This document shows positions 58,760 through 64,000 of a stretch of DNA of 64,000 nucleotides, one piece after another. The translations under genes were made by a program, and so were the position numbers. This DNA is from Chloroflexota bacterium. Lineage in GTDB: Bacteria > Chloroflexota > Dehalococcoidia > Lucifugimonadales > UBA3495. Position 1 is the stretch's first letter, and each line of letters opens with the position of its first letter. The stretch covers positions 69,711-133,710 of the forward strand of contig JAQBVF010000002.1 in NCBI GenBank assembly GCA_027623675.1. The letters run 5' to 3'. Under the pieces are notes generated by a model. The model saw only the letters and a program-made list of their open reading frames with translations, was not told where the DNA came from and did no database searches.

Positions 58760-59140
58760 ATGACTAATAAGATACGCATCACCGCCGGCAGCGTGATGGT
58801 GGAGGCCGAACTGAACGACACGGACACCGCCGCCGCCATCTGGGACATCCTGCCGGTCCAAGCCAATTGCAACACCTGGGGCGAGGAGATATATTTCAAG
58901 ATTCCGGTGGAAGCCGAACTGGAAGGCGGCCAGGAAGTGGTGGAACTAGGCGACCTGGGCTACTGGCCGCCGGGCACCGCCTTCTGCCTGTTCTTCGGTC
59001 TCACTCCCGCCAGCCAGGGCGACGAGATCAGGCCGGCCAGCGAAGTGACGGTCATCGGCAAGATGTTGGGCGGTCAGGAGACCATGGATGCCCTAAAGAG
59101 CGTGCCGTCGGGCGGTCCCGTTGTGATTGACCCGGCGTAA
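58760..59140 (+). CDS. cyclophilin-like fold protein (DUF3830-like)
   Basis: 126 aa, 9 nt after the oxidase stop. Pattern I.I.......AEL.DT.TA.AIW..LP......WGEE(I)YF..P...E......V..GD(L)(G)YWPPG.A.C.FFG. Confidence 0.5.
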   Translation: MTNKIRITAGSVMVEAELNDTDTAAAIWDILPVQANCNTWGEEIYFKIPVEAELEGGQEVVELGDLGYWPPGTAFCLFFGLTPASQGDEIRPASEVTVIGKMLGGQETMDALKSVPSGGPVVIDPA

Positions 59141-59161
59141 CCGGCCCGGTCGCCTGCCGGT

Positions 59162-59992
59162 TCAGCGTCCGAATCGGGCTGCCAACTCGGTGTTGCCCGA
59201 CACGAATACCCGCTTGTTGGCCAGGGCCTCATCCATGCTGCCGCGCCCGTAGACCAGCAGCAGGAATGTTTGAGTGTCGCAGCCAAAGACCGCGTCGGGA
59301 CGTTTATCGCTGGCCGACTCCATCAAGGCCTTCTGCCCGCCGCCGGCGACAATGTCATAGCTGCCAGGCGCCGCGCCGGTCAGTTCAAAGCGGAACCTGC
59401 CGGATGAATCCAGCCTGGTCCCTGGGTCGAATAGCCGTCCCACCACGAAAACAGGGAGCATCTCCATGATGGCCGGGAGGCTTGCCGCGGACAGGGCCGC
59501 ATCCGCTTCCAATCTCGAACGGAAATCCCATTCGTGGACGATCAGTTCGGTGAGGCGCAGGTCCAGATAGGTCCCCACGGAGATGGTGCCGGCGGGGTGG
59601 TAGCAGGGTTTGTCATTGTCGGCGTCGGTCAACCCGGACAGCGATTCATCGAAATTCACCTGGCTCTGATTAAAGGTGGACAGTAGATCGCCGCCCAAGC
59701 TAACGCGGTAGTCTATGGTCAATCGGGCATTCGCCCGCAACCTGGCCTCCATGTCGCCCACTCCCGCCGGCGGCATGCCATCGGGAGCGGAGGAGTCTCC
59801 GCCTGCTCCCCGTATGATGTTGGGTACGTACCGCTCAACCGCCCCGGCAAGGTGGGCCACCACGTCCTGGACCTCCCAGGCGTCGCAGGCGCTGGGAGTT
59901 GACCAGGCGGCGGGCGGCAGCGTTTTCAGGTATCTTCCGATCCGCTCCGTTTCGTCTTTGACCAACCGCACCTTCTCAAGTACCGAACCCAT
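59162..59992 (-). CDS. DinB / mycothiol-maleylpyruvate-isomerase N-terminal domain protein
   Basis: 276 aa. W..PS.CD.W.V.DVVAHL is typical of the MDMPI_N/DinB_2 domain, followed by a C-terminal extension. Confidence 0.5.
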   Translation of the reverse strand: MGSVLEKVRLVKDETERIGRYLKTLPPAAWSTPSACDAWEVQDVVAHLAGAVERYVPNIIRGAGGDSSAPDGMPPAGVGDMEARLRANARLTIDYRVSLGGDLLSTFNQSQVNFDESLSGLTDADNDKPCYHPAGTISVGTYLDLRLTELIVHEWDFRSRLEADAALSAASLPAIMEMLPVFVVGRLFDPGTRLDSSGRFRFELTGAAPGSYDIVAGGGQKALMESASDKRPDAVFGCDTQTFLLLVYGRGSMDEALANKRVFVSGNTELAARFGR

Positions 59993-60036
59993 CTCGTCAT
60001 CTCCCGAGCCACGCCTGGCATACCACTACAATCAAT

Positions 60037-60080
60037 TTTCCGTCAGCTTTCCGTCAGCTTTCCGTCAGCTTTCCGTTGGC
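60037..60080. repeat. 11-bp tandem repeat tttccgtcagc x3 plus degenerate 4th unit (tttccgttggc)
   Basis: Units at 60037, 60048, 60059 and 60070. Followed by ggtatta...ggtatta direct repeats (60081, 60100) in a divergent intergenic region. Confidence 0.9.
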
Positions 60081-60147
60081 GGTATTATAGTGACCCGCCG
60101 GTATTACACAATCCCGGCGTTATCCGGACAACCCTAAGGAGTCGCAA

Positions 60148-61188
60148 GTGGCATTAGGTTGGGCAATAATCGGCGCCGGCATGCACCCGCAACAGAAAGT
60201 GGCCCCGGCCATCGGACTGACCCCGGACGCTGAACTGATCGGTGTGTTGAGCCGGGACCAGAGTAGGGCCGACGCCTTCGCCGAAGCGCATGGGGCCAAG
60301 GCCGGCTACTCCAACATCGACAACATGCTGGCCGACTCGCGCATCGACGCGGTCTTTGTGGCATCACCCAACGCCTCGCACGTGGGCCACACGGCGCGGG
60401 TGGCCAGGGCGGGCAAGCACGTCCTTTCCGAGAAACCCATGGCGACCTCGGTGGCAGACGCTGTCACCATGGTCCGCGACTGCCAGGCCAACGGCGTGAA
60501 GCTGGGCCTGGGCTTCGAGCTGCGGTTTCACCCGGCGCACCGCATCGCCAGGGACCTGGTGTCTCAAGGCAGATTGGGTCGGGTCCGCCTGCTGCAGGGG
60601 CATTGGGGCCGAGGCGAAAGGGGCGAACCGGAGCATCTGCCCCGGTCCGGACTCCGCGGCTGGTGGGAGGACCCAGCGGCCATGGGCGGCGGCTCGGTGA
60701 TCATGGGGCTGGGTGTCCACGTGTTCGACCTGGCCCGGTTCGTGATGGGCCAGGAGGTCACCGAGGTTATCGCCATGACCGACGGCCAGACCGACGCCCA
60801 ACCGCTGGAACACATCGCCAGCATGGCCTTGCGGTTGGAGGACGGGACCATCGCCAATATCAGTTGCGGCCGCATGCTGCCCGACACGCTGAACAACTTC
60901 ACCGTCTACGGCACCGACGGGCGTTTCACCGGCACCGCCACCGTCTGGGAGGCGCGCATGGGCGACGCCGAGGTGGTCAGCGAAACAGTCAACCGCAAGG
61001 AGAGCTGGGAGTACGACTACCTGGCCAACTTCGTGGATGAGCTGGCAGACTTCCACAACGCCATCAAAGAGGACCGGGAGCCGGCGGCCACCGGCATCGA
61101 CGGCCTGAGGTCAACGGAGATCAACTCGGCAGTGATCGAGTCTGCCAGGACCGGCAGGGCGGTCAAGATCGAACGGCAGACTCCTTAG
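60148..61188 (+). CDS. Gfo/Idh/MocA-family NAD(P)-dependent oxidoreductase
   Basis: 346 aa with a GTG start. Contains W.IIG.G and EKP(M)A. Confidence 0.8.
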   Translation: MALGWAIIGAGMHPQQKVAPAIGLTPDAELIGVLSRDQSRADAFAEAHGAKAGYSNIDNMLADSRIDAVFVASPNASHVGHTARVARAGKHVLSEKPMATSVADAVTMVRDCQANGVKLGLGFELRFHPAHRIARDLVSQGRLGRVRLLQGHWGRGERGEPEHLPRSGLRGWWEDPAAMGGGSVIMGLGVHVFDLARFVMGQEVTEVIAMTDGQTDAQPLEHIASMALRLEDGTIANISCGRMLPDTLNNFTVYGTDGRFTGTATVWEARMGDAEVVSETVNRKESWEYDYLANFVDELADFHNAIKEDREPAATGIDGLRSTEINSAVIESARTGRAVKIERQTP

Positions 61189-61274
61189 GAGTCCACGGCG
61201 GTTGACGCCGTATCCGACCGTTGCTACGATTCCCACGCCCAGGGCACCGACATAAACCGAAAACTTGAGGGCTT

Positions 61275-63587
61275 ATGACCATGACTACCACCGAGCGGAC
61301 CCAGGCGCAGGGCGCGATGCGCGGCGTGCAGGTCTTGGATTTCGGGCAATACATCCCCGGCCCGATGCTTGGGATGCTGCTCAGCGACCAGGGCGCCGAT
61401 GTGATCAAGGTTGAACGCCCCGGCGGCGACCCCGCCCGCAGCGAACCGGCCTTCGCCACCTGGAACCGAGGCAAACGCTCGGTGGTGCTGGACCTGACAA
61501 CCCCCGAAGGACAGGCCGCCGCCGTGGCCCTGGCCAAGAAGGCCGACATTGTGATTGAGAACTACCGGCCCGGCGTGGCCGACCGGCTGGGCATCGGCTA
61601 CGAAGCCCTCGCCAAGGCCAACCCAGGGCTGCTCTACTGCTCCATCCCCGGTTTCGGCGAGGACAGCCCCCACCGCAACGAACGCGGCTGGGAGGGCATC
61701 GTGGCGGCGTCCACCGGCGTCTACCAGCCCATCGACGGGTCCGGCGAGCCGCTATTCCTGCCGCTGCCGGCGGCAAGTACCTTCGCGGCGTTGGTGGCCG
61801 CGGTGTCCGTGACCATGGCAATGGTGGCCCGCGACCGTACCGGCAAGGGACAACGCATCGAAGTGCCCATGCACAGCGCCATGTTCTCGGCCATCGGGCG
61901 GCACCTGGTCAAGCTCTACGACGTCAACCCGCCTGACCTGTTCAATCTGCCACGCAACGTCATGTCCCACCAATATATGTGCGCCGACGGCCGCTACTTC
62001 CAGTCCCACGGCATGTACCAGCGGTTCGTCAGCCAATTGATGGACGCCGCCGGCCGCCCGGAGTGGATCGAGGAGCTTCAAGACCTCTACGGCACGGAGG
62101 TTGCCCCCGAGACCGTGGCCATGTGGAAGGACCGGTTCGAGAAGATGTACCTGGAGCGCCCCGCCAAGGAGTGGGAAGACGCCATCGCCGCGTCCAAGGG
62201 CGTGGGCACCATCTGCAAGACCATCGACGAATGGCTGGTCCACGAGCATGCCATCGCCGGGAAGATTGTCGCCGAGGTGGACGACGCCGAGCACGGGAAC
62301 ATGAAGCAGCCCGGAGTGCAGGTCCGGCTTCGGGGCACGCCCGGCGCCATCCAGGGCCGCGCGCCCAAGTTGGGTGAGCACACCGACGAGATATTGGCCG
62401 AGCTGGGAAACAGCTCCGCGCCGGCGGCAACGCCCAAGAACCGCAGCGAAAACATCATGAGCGCCCTGGAAGGGCTTCGAGTGCTGGACCTTTGTATCGT
62501 ACTGGCCGGTCCCACCTGCGGGCGAACCCTGGGCGAATTCGGCGCCGATGTCATCAAGATCGACGACCCGGCGCGGCCCTACGATGTGGCCGGCAACGCC
62601 GACGTGAACCGGGGCAAGCGCAGCATCCAGATCAATCTCAAGACCAAAGAGGGCTTGTCAGTCTTCTACAAGTTACTGGAGAACGCGGACGTGGTGGTGG
62701 AGAACAACCGCAAGAGCAGCCTGGCCCGCCTGGGAATCAGCTACGAGGAGATGTCCAAGCGTAAACCCGACATCGTCCACGCTTCGTTGAACGCGTTTGG
62801 GTACGACGGACCGTGGAGCGAGCGGCCCGGTTGGGAGCAATTGGCCCAGGCCACCAGCGGGATCCAGGTCCGGCGGGGCGGCCGCGACGCGGCCCCCAAG
62901 CTGCTGCCCTATCCAATGAACGATTACGGCACCGGACTGATGGGCGCTTACGCCGTGGCCCTGGCTGTTCACGAGCGCAACCGCACCGGCAAGGGTCAAC
63001 AGGTGGACAGCGGCTTGGCATTGACCGCCGCCCTCCTCCAGTCGCCATATTTCTTGGATTACGATGGCTACAAGCGGGACGAACCCGAGGGACTGGGAGT
63101 GCGGGGCTTCTCCGCCAAGTCCCGCCTCTACGCCGCCGCCGATGGCTGGCTGTACCTGCACTGCCCTGACGACGAGGCTTGGGGCCGATTGACGGGACTA
63201 CCCGAGTTTACCGGTATGGACGCGGGCAGCGACGAGTCACTTACCCGGTCCATGGCGCAAGTGTTGGCTGGCAAGCCTCGGTCAGAGTGGGCGAAGGTCA
63301 TCAACCCCACCGGCGTCAGCGTGATCGCCAACCGCATGGTTGAGGACTTCCGAGACGACGCCGACATCCGCAAGGCCGGACTGATCGTGAAACGCTACCA
63401 CCCCGGCTACGGCCAGGCCGACCACCTTGGCAGCGTGGCCAAGCTCTCGGAGACGCCCATGCGGATCGGCCGGCCCACCCCGCTCTTGGGCGCGGAGACC
63501 GACGATATCCTCAGCGAGGCCGGATACACCGGGGAGCAGATCGAATCCATGAAGCTGTCCGGGGCCGTCGTCCAGCACCCGGTTTAG
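61275..63587 (+). CDS. tandem-duplicated family III (CaiB/BaiF) CoA-transferase, two full modules in one chain
   Basis: 770 aa. Module 1 starts GVQVLDFGQYIPGPMLGMLLSDQGADVIKVERP. Module 2 starts GLRVLDLCIVLAGPTCGRTLGEFGADVIKIDDP (from about 62455). Confidence 0.85.
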   Translation: MTMTTTERTQAQGAMRGVQVLDFGQYIPGPMLGMLLSDQGADVIKVERPGGDPARSEPAFATWNRGKRSVVLDLTTPEGQAAAVALAKKADIVIENYRPGVADRLGIGYEALAKANPGLLYCSIPGFGEDSPHRNERGWEGIVAASTGVYQPIDGSGEPLFLPLPAASTFAALVAAVSVTMAMVARDRTGKGQRIEVPMHSAMFSAIGRHLVKLYDVNPPDLFNLPRNVMSHQYMCADGRYFQSHGMYQRFVSQLMDAAGRPEWIEELQDLYGTEVAPETVAMWKDRFEKMYLERPAKEWEDAIAASKGVGTICKTIDEWLVHEHAIAGKIVAEVDDAEHGNMKQPGVQVRLRGTPGAIQGRAPKLGEHTDEILAELGNSSAPAATPKNRSENIMSALEGLRVLDLCIVLAGPTCGRTLGEFGADVIKIDDPARPYDVAGNADVNRGKRSIQINLKTKEGLSVFYKLLENADVVVENNRKSSLARLGISYEEMSKRKPDIVHASLNAFGYDGPWSERPGWEQLAQATSGIQVRRGGRDAAPKLLPYPMNDYGTGLMGAYAVALAVHERNRTGKGQQVDSGLALTAALLQSPYFLDYDGYKRDEPEGLGVRGFSAKSRLYAAADGWLYLHCPDDEAWGRLTGLPEFTGMDAGSDESLTRSMAQVLAGKPRSEWAKVINPTGVSVIANRMVEDFRDDADIRKAGLIVKRYHPGYGQADHLGSVAKLSETPMRIGRPTPLLGAETDDILSEAGYTGEQIESMKLSGAVVQHPV

Positions 63588-63603
63588 CGGGCAACGCGAT
63601 TCG

Positions 63604-64000
63604 ATGGAAGACATCTTCACTCTGACTCTTTCCGAGGAACTTGAGATCGCAGCCCGGTTGATAATGGCGGCAGTCTTCGGCGCCGCCGTCGGCTACGAAC
63701 GCCGCAGCGCCGTTAAGCCGGCCGGGCTTCGCACTCTGTCTTTGGTGGCCGTCGGCTCGGCGCTATTCACCATAATATCCGCTTACGGGTTTGAGACCTC
63801 CGACCAGTCGAGGATCGCCGCCCAGATCGTGACCGGTGTGGGGTTCCTGGGCGCCGGCACCATCATCCGCAGCAACACCGGCGTGTCGGGGCTGACCACC
63901 GCGGCCACCGTCTGGGCCACGGCTGCCATCGGGATGGCGGTTGGCTCCGGACTGTACATCGCAGCGGCGAGCGTCACCCTCCTGATGCTGGTGATTCTCT
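63604..64000 (+). CDS. MgtC/SapB-family membrane protein, N-terminal part (3' end outside window)
   Basis: ATG at 63604. Contains ...AAVGYERR....AG(L)RT..LV.VGSALF..IS. Frame stays open to the window end. Confidence 0.65.
   Translation, partial: MEDIFTLTLSEELEIAARLIMAAVFGAAVGYERRSAVKPAGLRTLSLVAVGSALFTIISAYGFETSDQSRIAAQIVTGVGFLGAGTIIRSNTGVSGLTTAATVWATAAIGMAVGSGLYIAAASVTLLMLVIL

Noticed and set aside
57602-58861. 419-aa minus-strand ORF covering the whole flavoprotein gene. Similar long antisense ORFs lie at 30785-31894, 53592-54449, 53753-54802, 44276-44983, 41544-42347, 942-1847 and 60364-61056.
   Set aside because: In each case the opposite strand carries a protein with clear family motifs. 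The antisense products are Gly/Arg/Pro/Val-rich with no recognisable domains. These are stop-codon-poor shadow frames of high-GC coding sequence.

Overview
GC-rich (~60%+) bacterial chromosomal window with no rRNA, tRNA, CRISPR array, transposase or integrase that I could recognise. All calls come from reading motifs and gene order; no database search was run.

Layout:
- 1-5.0 kb (+): methyl-cycle genes (MTAP fragment, rhodanese, ahcY, metK) and a phosphohexomutase.
- 5.4-27.2 kb (-): one ~22 kb translation block. Transcription order is rpsL-rpsG-fusA (no tuf), then S10, spc and alpha operons (including secY, adk, map, infA, rpmJ, rpoA), then truA-rplM-rpsI. rpmJ, rpmD, rpsZ and the trimmed rpsS, rpsL and rpsD were found or re-bounded by hand. 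RpoA, L5, S17 and L4 carry long charged low-complexity extensions.
- 27.5-40.6 kb (+): cobalt/B12 island. It contains cbiE-like, cobN and a tightly coupled unknown 141-aa ORF. A first cobalamin riboswitch with terminator precedes a Nik/Dpp-type ABC importer that has no ATPase genes. A second, paralogous riboswitch with terminator precedes cbtB, cbtA and a single ChlD-architecture AAA+/vWA gene.
- 40.8-51.3 kb (+): glyQS, birA, an SDR pair (the second lacks catalytic Tyr/Lys), then hisZ, long-form hisG, a Zn-phosphoesterase-like ORF, hisD, hisC and hisB (IGPD only).
- 51.3-64 kb: accessory-looking region. A decayed crotonase pseudogene and its intact paralogue flank an Ig-repeat surface-protein gene. 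Then come a ThDP enzyme, DUF971, an FmdB zinc ribbon, a FAD oxidase with a cyclophilin-like ORF, a DinB-like gene, a Gfo/Idh/MocA gene, a 770-aa tandem family-III CoA-transferase and an MgtC fragment.

Most interesting candidates: the riboswitch-wired cobalt chelation island with the CobN-coupled ORF, the phosphoesterase embedded in the his operon, and the single-chain CoA-transferase pseudo-dimer.
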